A stretch of DNA of 64,000 bases from Lingula anatina (GCA_051362555.1 CM120645.1:17360001-17424000), one strand, 5' to 3'. Counted from the stretch's first letter, positions 27,986-41,880 are shown. Notes: generated by a model not told the origin, from the sequence alone. Numbers and translations are program-made.

Positions 27986-28938
27986 TTAAAATGATATAAG
28001 AGTGGTGTCTAAAATTGTTTATCTTAAATAATCATCACCATTAGATGTGTATATTATTCGTCAAAATGCGATTTTAACTTCGTTTTTTGTGCGTTCTTCG
28101 CATTCAGTTTTATGCTCTGCTGTCTTCGAAAACGCGCGCACTTTTCACTACAAATACTATTAGGGTTTCCTAACCAGCATGGCCATTGCATCATTTGACG
28201 TTGTGTAAGTGCAAGGTTTCCAAATGTTAAACGTCTTATTTACCTCTGTTGAAATGCCACTGCCCTCTCTATTATGATCCTACTTTTATTCATGCTAGTT
28301 TTGTGTCATACTTCCTTCTGCTTTTTATCCCTCTTATGTGCTAAAAAGTTTTTCTTTGCATCTTCCGATGCAGTGACTTGTTAAATTGGGACAGTCACGT
28401 GGTACGCCTGCTAACTCGACCTTCACCGCTGGAAAGTAGGTTGAGCAGTTTTCCCACACTTCTGTTCCATGACAAACAAAAATCACACCACCATACTTAA
28501 TCTATCATTTCACACAATATAAACCAAACTGTTTTATCTTAAAACCAGAGTGTCAGCAAGGTGTACCTGCCTCCTGGGTCTGTACAAACATTTTGACCAA
28601 GCAGATGCATTTTTAGATCAACATTAAATAGAAATCATCAGAGGTAGTCTAAAATGAGGCTGTGGGCAGTGTGATATCATTAATTTATAGAAAATGTGCT
28701 AGAATCCCTATGAGGTTATCCAGCTATCAGTGTGAATCTCAATGCACAGGAAATGTCCCCAAAGAGAGTAATACAAAAGTGACACACAATACATGTTGAA
28801 TTAACACTGTTGTGCAAAAGACTAACCTGACAGAAGTTAAACAATGAGAATATCCATGGATAAACTGAACCTAGATTTCTAGGAAATAAAGCTCCCAGTA
28901 TATTAAACATAACACAAACAAACAAAAAAATAGTTCCT

Positions 28939-30790
28939 AACAAGGCAGCAAAGCTGTCAAATGTACAGACAAAGAACAGAAAATAAAGATGCAAATAAGT
29001 GAAAAATTAAATTTTCACAAAAAACTGTTAAATTGCCAGAAAAATTTACCAAACTGACTGCATTGCCTATTGAAGCTGTATGTTAGACCCATGTTTCTTT
29101 CTTGTAAGTTTGAGAACAGTAAGTGACATGATTTCCCTTAAATGGTCATCATAGGAGCAGTGCCCAAAATAGGGGTTTCTTCAATTTTGATGCAACATTA
29201 CATAATGTTTAACAGCATAATGACAATCAAATGTTATTAATAAAATATTAGTAACATGGACATTCAGAAAATGTGACAAGCAAAAGTCTTCAAGATCATG
29301 GAACTTTAAAGTCACACCTTGAAAATGCCAATATGTGAAAAATTAAATTTTCACAAAAAACTGTTTAACTGCCAAAATAAATAAATAAATAAATAAAAAT
29401 ACCAAACAGACTGCATTGCCTACTGAAGCTGTATTTTAGTCCCATGTTTCTTTCCTGTAAGTTTGAGAACAGTAAGTGACATGATTTTCCTTAAATGGTC
29501 ATCATGGAAGCAGTGCCCAAAATAGGGGTTTCTTCAAATTTTGATGCAATATTACATAATGTTTAACAGCTTAATGACCATCAATTTTTAATTATAAAAT
29601 ATTTGTTTCACAGATATTCAGAAAATGTGACTAGCAAAGGTCTTCAGGCCCATGGAACTTCAAAGTCACGCCTTGAAAATGCCAAAATGTAAACAAGACA
29701 GCACTGTTCTGAAATGGGTTTATTTCCATTTTTAACACTTTTTTAACATAAAACAAAATAAACATTTTACTGCCATTTTATATGACCAACTAAGAAAATT
29801 GATGAGATGGGAAAAGTATCAATAGAACAGTGTTAAATGTCCAATTTCCTCCATTCTGAGATTCTGAACATAGTGGATGATTGAATCTGACAAACTGCAA
29901 TGATATGAGATTATTCCCATTTTTGACACTTTATTACACAATACATGATAACAAGTTTACCATGTTTTTTACATAATCAACTAACAATGTTGTAAAGATG
30001 CAGGAAATATCAAACAAACACTTTTAGGCATCTTATTAGTTAAATAATGAGACTGTTAACATGCCTAATAATTGAATCTGAGGAAATGTGAAAAACAGTA
30101 TAACTTCTAAAATAATGGCCTGATTATGCTTTTTTTGGAACTCAACCTGCGTTTTAGTAAGATTGACCACTCCTGTGAGTATGATTACAATTGGCCAATC
30201 CATTTTTCTTATATTGTGTTATCAGTGTTGTATTTATATTGAAAATAGTGAAAAAACAGCATAAATTCCCTAAAAATGGCCCAATCATGCTGATTTTCGA
30301 ACTTGACCTGCGTATTATGAATATTCATCAGTTCTGTAAGTTTCAAGTCAAAAGGTAAAATGGTTTTCCACTTATCGTGTTATCGGTGCTGCATATATGC
30401 TGAAAAAAGTGAAAAAACAGCATAAATTCCCTAAAAGTGACCCGATCATGCTGATTTTCGAACTTAACCTGCGTATTATGAATATTCATCAGTTCTGTAA
30501 GTTTCAAGGCAAAAGGTAAAATGGTTTTCCACTTATCGTGTTATCGGTGCTGCATATATGCTGAAAAAAGTGAAAAAACAGCATAAATTCCCTAAAAGTG
30601 ACCCGATCATGCTGATTTTCGAACTTGACCTGCGTATTATGAATATTCATCAGTTCTGCAAGTTTCAAGTCAAAAGGTAAAATGGTTTTCCACTTATCGT
30701 GTTATCGGTAAAAGTGCACGGCGACGACGGCGACGACAGACGCAGATGATGGCTATATGTACAGACACATCTGTGTCTGTACATAAAAAA
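28939..30790 (+). mobile_element. Helentron-associated (HINE/DINE-like) element with internal tandem arrays
   Basis: 5' aacaaggcag..gctgtcaaatgtacagac and 3' gacgacagacgcag...agacacatctgtgtctgtacat hairpin; internal ~340-bp x2 and ~160-bp x3-4 repeats. Confidence 0.7.
30249..30708. repeat. ~160-bp tandem repeat (about 3 near-identical units plus 1 diverged upstream)
   Basis: Unit gtgaaaaaacagcataaattccctaaaa... starts at ~30249, ~30409 and ~30570. Confidence 0.9.
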
Positions 30791-31250
30791 CCGGCAGAAA
30801 CAATTTCTACCAAAATTTACATAAATTACCAGAATGAAAATAAAAAACACTCTGACCAGTCCAGAGAAGTAGTTCAAATACTAAACCTGAGGTCTGAATT
30901 GAACATCTCTATGATGACACTGATTTCAAGTTCAATCTATAGTATATGATTCCTGAGACATTTCACATCCAAATTTGAATTTTTATTTGACGAAGTTGTC
31001 TTGCACAATGCCTAAGGCATCTGAAAATGCACTGACAGACCCTTAAACCTCTCAGGGCAAATTGACATTTTGTGGTCTTAAAGAACAAGGAAGAAGTCCA
31101 TCATTTTTAAGGAGTAGCAGTAAGTGCAGGCTAAAACAGGCTAAAACCCAGGTATCTCCAGCACACATGCAGCTGGTACAAATAATCTATAAACAACCCA
31201 AGCACAATTAAACAGGAAACAATAAAATCCTGTGTATCAAAGCATCATAC

Positions 31251-31341
31251 CATTTCCTCCAATGATCTGTAGCTCTGGATAGTTGCCTTTTATGTATCTT
31301 ATCATGTTGATCTGGAATATGGAGTTGCCCTGTGAAGAATC
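31251..31341 (-). CDS. IMPDH: IMPDH exon 9 ([30 protein letters not shown])
   Basis: DSSQGNS NAD-site motif; 91 nt. Confidence 0.97.
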
Positions 31342-31505
31342 CTAGAACACAAAGCAAATTTAATGTAATCATTGGAAACCCAAATACTTATTGATGACCG
31401 TACCATACCAATATAGTGGCTTTTATGGTTATGTCTTTCTTTAAAAAAATATTCATATTGTACTTTATCTATATATACACATAACATGACGTAAGTAAAC
31501 ATCAA

Positions 31506-31774
31506 CCTGGGCCCAGTTTCATCAACACTGGATAGCGCTATCTTATGGATAATAATGTCCACTGTATAAATCTGCTATGCTATGGGCAGTTGTCCTGAAG
31601 AAAGCAGTCATTTTTAACCACTGGATAGCAACATTAGAAACAAAAATATTTGTCTAGCATTAAGGAAATATTACTTTAAACACAGGATAGCAGTCCAGAG
31701 GCTAACAATTTTATCCAATGGATAATGTTGTCCATAGGATAGCGCTATCCAGTGTTGATGAAACTGGACCCAGG
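31506..31774. mobile_element. Palindromic MITE
   Basis: TIR CCTGGG(C/T)CCAGTTTCATCAACACTGGATAGCGCTATC. Confidence 0.8.
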
Positions 31775-32308
31775 ATTTTAAGAGCAATATCCTTTGTAGA
31801 TCATTGCAGATTGACTTCAAATGTAATATGCCTTCTTCAAACCATTTCAAATGAACACACATAAAAATGTCAAATCTGATAGAAGCAGTTACATTAACAC
31901 TACTATACAAACTGTTTCCACATTTTCCTCAGTTTGGGAGATATTTCACATTTAATTTTGAAGCATTCTAACAACATATCCAATCCCACAATCTAACAGG
32001 TGTCCTAATTCCATAACATGAAGGCATGGGTCTTTGTAGTATTTGAAGAAGAGTGATACAGGAGACTAGTTCCCAACATCCAGGTCTTGAGGGGGCTGAA
32101 CAGGGCAGTTCCAGACCAATCCAAAGATCCCCCAGTGGTACAATTATTTGTCAAAATGTCAATGTGATAGCCGTGCTTAATTTTATGTTTTGCCTATCAT
32201 GGTTCAGATTTCACTTGAACATTCTATAAAAAGGTTTTTCATTAAATGTAATTGGAAATCTAGTTGACTTTAAACAAAATAATTTCTGATGGAAATGAAT
32301 CCACTAAC

Positions 32309-32405
32309 CAGCACAACTACGTCAACTCCAGCCTGGACAAGGAGGTCCAGTCGTGTCCTGTCCTCTTCATGAGTACTGATAGCTGCACCGACCAACAACT
32401 GCTTT
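32309..32405 (-). CDS. IMPDH: IMPDH exon 8 ([32 protein letters not shown])
   Basis: Conserved GAAI and AGVDVVVL; 97 nt. Confidence 0.96.
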
Positions 32406-32584
32406 CTGGGGAAAGACAAAAAAGAAAAAAATGTGGTCTTCATAACAGATTACTTTTATTGAAATTCAATTTTGGTTACAATATGATATCAAAACTCTGT
32501 ATGATGTGTAACTACAACCAAGGTTATGGTGACGGAATGACATGGTTATGCCAAAATTAGTGATTTTTGACTTAATATACTTAA

Positions 32585-32921
32585 AGCAATAATAACTCTT
32601 CGTTTCGGCCAAAAAATGAATTTTCCTGGAGTAAACAACAATTTTCCCATGCTTACCAATGGTTAATGAATCCATTTTTACATTCAAAGTTAGTCCCTGG
32701 TTTTTTTCTAAAAAGTTTGGTTTTTTGTTAAAATCTCTTAAGAGATTTTAACAGAGTATAGACATCAATGGAGGTCACGTGGTCTAAAGACAAGTTCAAA
32801 TATCAGAATAAAAGCTATAACTGCTGTTTTTGTGGTAAAACAGAATATATTATATTTCTATGAGTTATTCACAATGTTTTTATTGTGAAATATAGGTCTC
32901 ATACAAAGAGTTATTATGACT
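32585..32921. mobile_element. TTAA-flanked MITE (copy 2)
   Basis: Collinear with 42496-42810; TTAA flanks. Confidence 0.72.
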
Positions 32922-33513
32922 TTAACATATTCACTTTACATCTATAATAGAAAAATTAAAAAAAACTGCACATTATCTATAGATGAAAATATTACCTTCT
33001 TATCAAATAAATCTATCAATGTTTTATGGCAGATTATAAACACTGTTTAACATTATTTTATTGAAAAATTTTATTTTCATCAATGCAGATGGCTCACAGG
33101 TTTGTTTGTCTGAAGATAGTTTAAACCTGATCTGAGGTGTTATCAGGATGTTCAAACAGAGCATCCAGAATTACCTTAGTCAATTTTGTACTATCAAAAC
33201 TTCTACTGATTTTGCTCTTATTTACTAAATTTTAGTTGAGCTTTGCTCACTAACTCAGAGTGTAGGCAGCTCCAGTAGAGACTTAGATATGATTGCTAAG
33301 ATAAAATGAGGTAAGCTGCCTTTTATATTATTTGTGAAACAACTTAGTCACACACAGTCTTTGTAACATAGATGACAAAGATTTAAGCCACAAAACTGAC
33401 TTGAGATTTTTTTTTTTTTTTTGGAAACAGGGGCCATATCTAAATCTGTTACTCTAAATGTGACCACTGCAATGAGAATCTGCATTTACAAAACATCTGT
33501 GCAAACTACTTAC

Positions 33514-33616
33514 TTGTCATCCATGGATGCTACAGGGAATTCTCTCCTCTTTTTTAAATCTGTCCTGGCCATCAGAGCAACCAGTTCACCATTCTCATTT
33601 ACAATGGGGAGCTTGC
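33514..33616 (-). CDS. IMPDH: IMPDH exon 7 ([34 protein letters not shown])
   Basis: KLPIVN and ARTDLKK motifs; 103 nt. Confidence 0.96.
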
Positions 33617-33754
33617 CTTGAATGAAATAAATATTCTGTACAAGTGGAAATGTTAACATGAGTACTCAATCTATACCAGTTATTATTATTATTATTATTA
33701 TTATTTATTAAACTTAAGAAATAATAATTACAATGTACAATACAATGTCAATTC

Positions 33755-33756
<2 letters not shown>

Positions 33757-33811
<55 letters not shown>
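33757..33811. repeat. (CT)n(CA)n microsatellite
   Basis: Direct reading. Confidence 0.9.
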
Positions 33812-34130
33812 TGCCATAAAACTACTGTATATTCAGTATTTTCATGTATGAAAAAAATGCACACATAGAAAAGTACAGTATTATTTTCCAGTAAAGAAAG
33901 CATTCAATGTCCCTGAAGGACAGATGAACTCCATTTTTTTCTCAAGTAGTATTTTATCTGAGAAATAATATTTTTTTCATTGTCTACGAGAATAAAATCA
34001 AATATGAACATTGGCTCCCTTTTCTTCCCTAATCCAGTTTTTGATTTGTTTCCACAAGTTTTTCATGACATCACAGTCTACAAGCAAATGCTTATTTGTT
34101 ATTAATGATTACTATTATTATCAAACTTAC

Positions 34131-34218
34131 CTTTTCTGCTTTCTTGCAGTATTTTGTTGGCCTCTGACAAAGTGACCCCCGCTGTGGCTGTCACCAGGTT
34201 CTCTAGGGAGGTCATGAC
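34131..34218 (-). CDS. IMPDH: IMPDH exon 6 ([29 protein letters not shown])
   Basis: CBS2 sequence; 88 nt; canonical splice sites. Confidence 0.96.
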
Positions 34219-34579
34219 CTGTGGGTGAAAGGTTAAAGGTCACTCATACTGTATGATTAAATAAACCATTCAAATGCTAGTATAATCATGAATTTAAAAA
34301 AAAAAGGTCACAATTTCCTACAAATTTTCGACTGACATTATGACAGGATGTACATTCTCTTTTTCTTTAATAATTTTTCTAAAATAATTTCACACTATAA
34401 TCATGGTGTTTATTTCCATATTGATGGGGCTAAGAATGAAGGTCACAATTACAACATAAATGAAGGCCTATATACAAATTCTGACTTCTCAAAGATAATT
34501 CGAATAAAAAAGGTTAAGTAACACAAGCAGATCATAAAAATCATTTTCTTGAAATATTTTTCTTATCCCACTTTCATAC

Positions 34580-34786
34580 CTCTTTAACAGGTCTGTCATA
34601 CTTTTCTGGGGGGAGGAAGTCAATATCTCTCTGTGTCACCAGTCCTACCAGCCGCCCACCCATTCTGCCGTTTTCTGTAATAGGGAAGCCAGAGAAGCCA
34701 TATTTTTCCTTCTCTTTCCACACATCAGCCACTGTGTTGTCTGGGCCCATCACTACTGGGTCTACTATAAATCCCTGCTTGTATTT
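34580..34786 (-). CDS. IMPDH: IMPDH exon 5 (Bateman/CBS domain, KYKQGFIVDPVV...RDIDFL)
   Basis: Lies within ORF 34574..34801; 207 nt; canonical splice sites. Confidence 0.97.
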
Positions 34787-35167
34787 CTGAAATGTGACCA
34801 AATCATAGAATCAATTCTGCAGGTTTCACCATTCAACTGGGCACAAATTTTCAGTAAATTGATTTCTCAAAATATATAACACTAAAAATATATATAGCAC
34901 AATTACAGTCATTTGACATCAGCATATGTACTTTCATGTATGTCCGACCCAAAAAAATATAATAATCAACAGACTTTGAACATCTGACAATCCTCAATTT
35001 TATCATAAAGAATCTATTTTAACGTGGCCTATATTTTAAAATCAAAATTAGACATCAAATATTGCTCAAACACAGACAAAAATAAAAAACATTAAAAGCA
35101 ACATTTTCCAGGTATGATGGGGGTGAAAAATCTAAATAATTTTATCAATTTTACTTTAAAAATGTTA

Positions 35168-35205
<38 letters not shown>

Positions 35206-35644
35206 CAATGCTCACTGGCAACTTCAAAAGGTTGATTATACAACTAGTCATATAAATGAATACAAGTTGTTAAATGTATTAAATAAAATGAAAAATTGAC
35301 TTGTTGAAATGAATTAAAATAGGAGTCTAACTTTAAAATCATACGAAATGTCCATTAATTTTCAAAAGCATGCAGTGCCCATGGTAGGAACATCTTTGAA
35401 GATCTAAACTTTTTTTCTCAATTTTGGGCCAGTATTGCTTTAAAGAGTACAACAGGAACAAGACATATAGGAAAAGTTTCAAACAAGGTTGAGAAGCTGA
35501 AAGACGCAGTCCCAAAGAAGTATGCTTCACTGTTCCTACTTATCACTTATGACAAGAAAAAGGACACTTTGTGTCCATGCATTATTTCACTTCTGTAACA
35601 GTATCTACCAAAAGTTATAAAAAGCATGTTCCCATTTTACTTAC

Positions 35645-35719
35645 CTTCACTAGTCTAACTTCATTTGCCTGAAATTCTGGAGTGCAATTGTGGTGAATGA
35701 TCCCTACGCCTCCAGTAAG
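35645..35719 (-). CDS. IMPDH: IMPDH exon 4 ([25 protein letters not shown])
   Basis: Conserved [13 protein letters not shown]; 75 nt; canonical splice sites. Confidence 0.97.
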
Positions 35720-36216
35720 CTACAAAGGAAATACGTAACCCAATAAAACTGCAATGACAACACACTACACATCATACACTACAGTATCTGTTATTGTGGA
35801 CATTCAGACCTTTGAACTGGAACAGGATCTGTGCTAAAAACTGAAACCACTGTTTTCTGATTATTTGTATTAAAAATTTAAAATATTAAAATAAATGCAG
35901 CTTGAACCCCATATTTTAACAGAATATCTATATTAATTTATAAGTGGCTAATCCAGCTGATTTTAGCATTCTTCTTTTAAGAAAAAACACATCTTCATTG
36001 CTTTAATTCTATTCATAGTCAATTTTTGTCCAGGTCTCACAACTGTGTCAGTGATGGTATATGTCAGCTGAGAACTTTTTAAATCCATTCTTGTTAAACT
36101 TCGGGTAACAAGTCTGTGAAGGTACCTTTTAACTATTTTTTTTTCTTTTAATCTCACTTTCACTTTTTGATCAGATGTAACAAAGTTACACACGTCAGAT
36201 AAATGAAATTTTTAAG

Positions 36217-36484
36217 GGCTGTGTTCAGAATAGAAGTTACTGTACTAGCAGGATCGATCTATCTCAGCAGAGATTCTCACTAAGGCATAGCTTTATTGTC
36301 TGGTATGTCGCCTTACAAAGCAACATGAACAACATGATGTACCACAAAGTCTACCCGCCTTTCTCCAAGTGCTTTAGAGAGGGCGTGCTACACAATAAAG
36401 CTGATTACAGTGACTCGGTCTTGGTGATATGCCACAGGATAGATCGATCCTGCTAGTATGATAACTTATATTCTGAAAAAAGCC
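36217..36484. mobile_element. Palindromic MITE
   Basis: Inverted arms ttcagaata...actagcaggatcgatctatc. Confidence 0.7.
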
Positions 36485-37019
36485 AAAGATACTACAAGGT
36501 TAGACAAAAACTCCCACATTATTGCCTTAAAATACATGTTTTGATGTCCACTGACTTGATTACTTTTCATTTACACAATGTCATTTTACTGCTGACATGA
36601 CAATTATGATTTGGGGGTAAAAATGCAGAACTGGTTTCTTAAATATCTCCTTTATCTGAGCACCCACAGGCAAAAATGCAAATGTAATGACACTACTGAG
36701 TGCCTTTAAATCCATGCCAGCCATTATACTTATACTCTGAAGTTCTAAATAATCAAGTAAGTAAGAACTTCAAGTAAGCCTTAGTTCATATTTCATTATT
36801 AAAAAGCAAAATAATGCCTTGTTCAATAAAAAACAATTCATCTGTAATTAGGAGTACCAATCTCCCTCAGAAAAACATTTAATCCTTAATGAGGGCACAG
36901 GTTTGTAGATTGTACCCTTCTCCACTCCCATGCCAATATTTTGGTAAAATCTTGCATAGGTAAGAAGTTATATCTTATGCCGAATTCTATCTCACCTCAA
37001 GATAGAAACCTGTTTATTG

Positions 37020-39324
37020 CAGGGCTCGACATTAGCGCCTGTCCGCCTGTCCGGGACAGGTAAAAATTCAGTTCGGACAGGTGAAGTTGCAGGGTTGGCT
37101 GTCCGACGGACAGGTCATGCTTTATGAGAAATTTGGAGCAAAAATCTTTTAAAAATCATTTTTTGTTGCATACTAACGTCTTTTTGCCTCTTCCTAGACG
37201 ACATTGAAAAAGAGTGACCTACTTTTGGCACAAAACACATGCAGTCGCAAAACGAAGTCTGAGCAAACTTACCGCCAAATTATGAAAGTGAACACCCTCC
37301 AGAACTTCAGCAGACAAAATTTATTCACATATCAGGTTCACTACTGAACATTTATTTAGTTAAAAATTTACGTGGTTTAGTAATAAAGACACTTCCATAA
37401 ACAGAATCTACACAAGTACTCACGCTCGGCTGTCACCTTGATTGGATAGTAAACGATTGTCGTAAAATCGCTAAATGATATTAAAACCGGGTGCATAAAC
37501 TTGAAAACCACCTACAACAACCTTGGACTACCACATTAATCCAATACAATGCAAACATAAACTATAACAAGTGGTTAAAGCCTTTAAACCGAATGTCGTA
37601 AAGTCCTCATATACCTCCATAGAGACAATAAAATAGAATGAGCTTCTGAAACAAACCTGATCCAGTTCCAACAGAATAATCGAAATAAAATACTGCCGGG
37701 CATCGGAGCGGCCTAAAACTTGCCACGCTTACCGCTAATACTGCAGGCTACATCATCCCGTCGCTCGTTTGTAAATTCCGTGCATGGCATACGCACAATC
37801 AAACCGTAAAAAACAAATTCTCGGGGTGTCGTTGGCTAGGTCCACGCAACAATCCAATTCAGGAAATGACGTAACCGCAGAGGTCGCATTGTCCAATGGC
37901 ATGGCTTCTTTTTCGTAATGGTAGGTTAGAGTGGACCTGGCCAACGACACCCCGAGAATTTGTTTTTTACGGTTTGATTGTGCGTATGCCATGCACGGAA
38001 TTTACAAACGAGCGACGGAATGATGTAGCCTGCAGTATTAGCGGTAAGCGTGCCAAGTTTTAGGCCGCTCCGATGCCCGGCAGTATTTTATTTCGATTAT
38101 TCTGTTGGAACTGGATCAGGTTTGTTTCAGAAGCTCATTCTATTTTATTGTCTCTATGGAGGTATATGGGGACTTTACGACATTCGGTTTAAAGGCTTTA
38201 ACCACTTGTTATAGTTTATGTTTGCATTGTATTGGATTAATGTGGCAGTCCAAGGTTGTTGTAGGTGGTTTTCAAGTTTATGCACCCGGTTTTAATATCA
38301 TTTAGCGATTTTACGACAATCGTTTACTATCCAATCAAGGTGACAGCCGAGCGTGCAAGTACTGTGCTGGAGCCAGATTGGACTGGATGAACTGGCTATA
38401 TCTAGTTCGTTGTCAAGGCAACAAACTGCCTGTCAATCAAACACGTTGTATGCTATCTGCTCACTATAGAAAGTGAAATCTTTGGGACTGAATATCTTGT
38501 TGAAATGTTGTTTATTTGCCAAAATATAACCTGAAATTTTGTATGATGTTTTTTTTAATGACTCTAGCATCACCTCTGTTATTTACAGTTTAAAATTTAG
38601 TGCTGGAATATGATAAATTAACATTGCTCTCATATACCAGTGTGATATTGATGTAAGGAAGAAATTAGTAATAACAAATATGAGAATTTTAATAAAAAGA
38701 AGGGGAACTTTTTTATACTGATTTTATTTAGTTCATATATGTTTAAAAAATCAAACACGTGATAACCCCTTAAAAAGTTAAATTGTTAACATAAATATAA
38801 GAAAAGTATTATAAAATTTCTTTAATTTTCATTGAAATTTATTCAAATATTATAAATTTTGAATATTTTAATAAAATTAATTTAACAGTACTGTACCCCC
38901 TCCCCACTTCCCACTCAGGGTTTTTTTTTAGCTTTGGTTTAACTTCATGTGAATCTGTTATCAAATTGCAGACTTACAATTAGTAGACCCTGTACCCCAA
39001 ATCCTAGGAGAAGCCCTGATGTGAATTATCAGACTTAAATGCAAGATTAAATCTTCAGGAGTTCACAAGTATGAAAAAAACAAATTTTAATCTGAACATA
39101 GATTCACTTTAAGGTGCATTTTCGGGGCTCATATGATTGAATGTTTTGGTAATATATACATTAATTTAAATGTGTGACCACCAATATAAATTGACAAAGT
39201 TCAAACGTATGAATAGAAAAAAATTATTGGTTTTGTGGACAGGTTGGATTGAAAATCGGACAGGTCAAATTTATGAGCACCTGTCCGAAGGACAGGTGCT
39301 CATAAAAGTTAGTGTCTAGCCCTG
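37020..39324. mobile_element. hAT-like non-autonomous element containing a long internal palindrome
   Basis: TIR CAGGGCT(C/A)GAC with subterminal ctgtcc/ggacag repeats at both ends. Confidence 0.75.
37421..38355. repeat. ~425-bp near-perfect inverted repeat with 85-nt spacer
   Basis: 37421-37845 is the reverse complement of 37931-38355, with about 5 mismatches seen by eye. Confidence 0.95.
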
Positions 39325-39617
39325 ATTATTGGTGATAAATAATCCAAGTTCCTGTTTTTGTTTATAATAGCCACTTACTTAAACTGTTAATAATACATGC
39401 TATTAGTGGTATTAACAGATAACCTTTCTTATCACAGTAATTTGAAACCTTGGGAGTGAAACACTTTAAATTATAAGAAATAATTAGCATTTGATAATTT
39501 GATCACAACTACCTGCTGGCTTTCTTGCATATGCAGGAAAAAAAGACCACAATACCAATCTGTCACACAGAGTATTTTGTGCTAACAATCCCTCTTTATG
39601 TCTTAAACCATAGCTTA

Positions 39618-39794
<177 letters not shown>

Positions 39795-39873
39795 TTATTC
39801 TTTTTAAAAAGTACACTTCTCATTTTTCACACTTAAATTAAATTAAAGTTTCAAATGAAAAATAAATAAATAG

Positions 39874-39916
<43 letters not shown>
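39874..39916. repeat. (AAT)n microsatellite
   Basis: Direct reading; similar tracts at ~35128, ~49491 and ~51285. Confidence 0.9.
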
Positions 39917-39918
<2 letters not shown>

Positions 39919-40244
39919 CAAGGCAGTGAAGCTGTCAAATGTACAGACAAAAAGCTTCTGCCATTACAATTATTCATTGAATTTATTAAATTTGATTAAA
40001 TTTTCTGGGGGGGGGGGGCACAATTCAAGGGCCAAATTTTGTTAAATTTAATATCCAAATGTCACCAGAATGCACCAAATGGCCCCTAAAAATACAAATT
40101 TTCTTGGGGGAGGACCCCCAAACCCCCACCCACAGAAGCGGGGCATATCCCCCATCCCAGTCCCTCCCCCTCTGGCTACGTCTCCGTCCATTGGACCTCA
40201 TTGCTTCTATACTCCCAGATTTTCTAATTACACTCCCAGTCAGT

Positions 40245-41645
40245 CAGGGGTCGAAATGTTGCTTTCCCGCTTTCCCGTGGGAAAGCTATTGCGAGCTCGG
40301 GAAATCTATGTCAAATCTTACTTTCCCGTCCGGTAAATCAATGGAAATGCCCGGGAAATGCAAAAACCTCTCGGGAAACCGCACTTAGAAGTCGCTTTCC
40401 CGAAGAACTGTTACCTATAATGAAATTTATTTCCTGGCACCAAGCCGTCAATTATTTAACCATTTTCCAGAACGCAAGTAAGCTCGACGTAAGTACTCAC
40501 TCTGAAACTAAGGACGCATGCACGTGACTAGCTAGAATTTGTTACGGGGCCTCCATTTGAATTTCAAGAGAGTTGTCAATCAAAATCGTCTCGAGGCATT
40601 TACAGTGGTACATCCGACTCGTTCCCTATCCCATTTACACAATGTTAAACATAGAAAGGATCAAGGCTGCGCAGCTAGCAGGTATAACACAGAGAAGAAC
40701 AAACCTACGCAGCTCACGGAAACAAATTAATGTGCGGGAACAAAGTTAACGCAGCGTCCAAGCCTACACAAATAACGGGCACCAGACAGCGTAGTACGGG
40801 GAACGAATATCGGTCAGCCATTTATGCACGATCAGCTGATGCAAGATTCAGGTTGCGCGCATAAGTCGGGCTCAAGTCTAACGGAGGTTGATGGTCAGAA
40901 AATGAAGTTCCTCAAGTGGTAAATTAATGACGAAAGCAAGGGAAAACCAAGCAAACTCGCTAAACAAGACACATGTAAACTTCAAGACACGATAAAAAAT
41001 GAGGGTGAAGCAGGTGCACATGGCGACGATACAGGTACGTCGTAAATAATAATGTCTAACAAGTTTCATATCTAACGAACTGTAAATTTAATGATAAACA
41101 AGACGTTTTTACTTTTCTGTTACGTAGTAAACATTTTAGGACACTGGATAATGCTGGCTTTAAAACAAACGTGCCAGGCTGAATGGCCTCATTAAAAAAA
41201 AATCCATGCTGGAACTTCATGAAAAGGGCCAGGACATAGTTGCCTTTTTAAGTAGAATGCTGACTGTACTTAAAGACATTTACCCTAATATCCGTGCTCT
41301 CTTGGCCATTGTGATGGTCCTTTCAGTTAGCACTACAGATGCAGCATATGTATTTGGTACTAAGATTTCAGTCACATTAATGTTAACAAATATACCTAGT
41401 TGTTATGAAAAACACTATATATGGATGCCATGTTAGTTTATTTCATATCAATAAACATTCATTTCTCAAAGATATGTTCTTACCTTTATAATTCATCATC
41501 TTATTAAAATAATCTAATTTAATATCAGGGAAATCGGTTTTCATGATTTTGTTGTCAGGGAAAGCTACTTTCTTGCAGGGAAAGTAATGTACAAAATCAC
41601 TTTCCCGGCAGGGAAAGTATGATTTTCTAAACATTTCGACCCCTG
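40245..41645 (+). mobile_element. Non-autonomous hAT-like element
   Basis: TIR CAGGGGTCGAAATGTT, subterminal tttccc repeats, 5-bp TSD tcagt, and a remnant YPNIRALLAIVMVLSVST resembling the hAT dimerisation domain. Confidence 0.8.
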
Positions 41646-41764
41646 TCAGTCCATTCCTGGCTTATTCTCCGATGTGCAGATATATATATTTTTCTTTTTT
41701 AATGCTAGTGACACCACCTAGGGTGTCAAAAGTTACAAAAATTAAACCAGCCAATAAAACAAAC

Positions 41765-41767
41765 AAA

Positions 41768-41813
<46 letters not shown>
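41765..41813. repeat. (AAAT)n microsatellite
   Basis: Direct reading. Confidence 0.9.
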
Positions 41814-41816
<3 letters not shown>

Positions 41817-41831
41817 GTCAACAAAACTCAC

Positions 41832-41880
41832 CACATCATCTGAAGTGAAGTCTATGAAGCCTGGCAGAATGATAAAATCA
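41832..41880 (-). CDS. IMPDH: IMPDH exon 2 (DFIILPGFIDFTSDDV)
   Basis: cag acceptor and gtgagt donor; 49 nt; phase fits neighbouring exons. Confidence 0.96.

Noticed and set aside
30249-30708. Regular repeats resembling a CRISPR array
   Set aside because: Units are contiguous with no unique spacers, no cas genes are present, and the context is eukaryotic.
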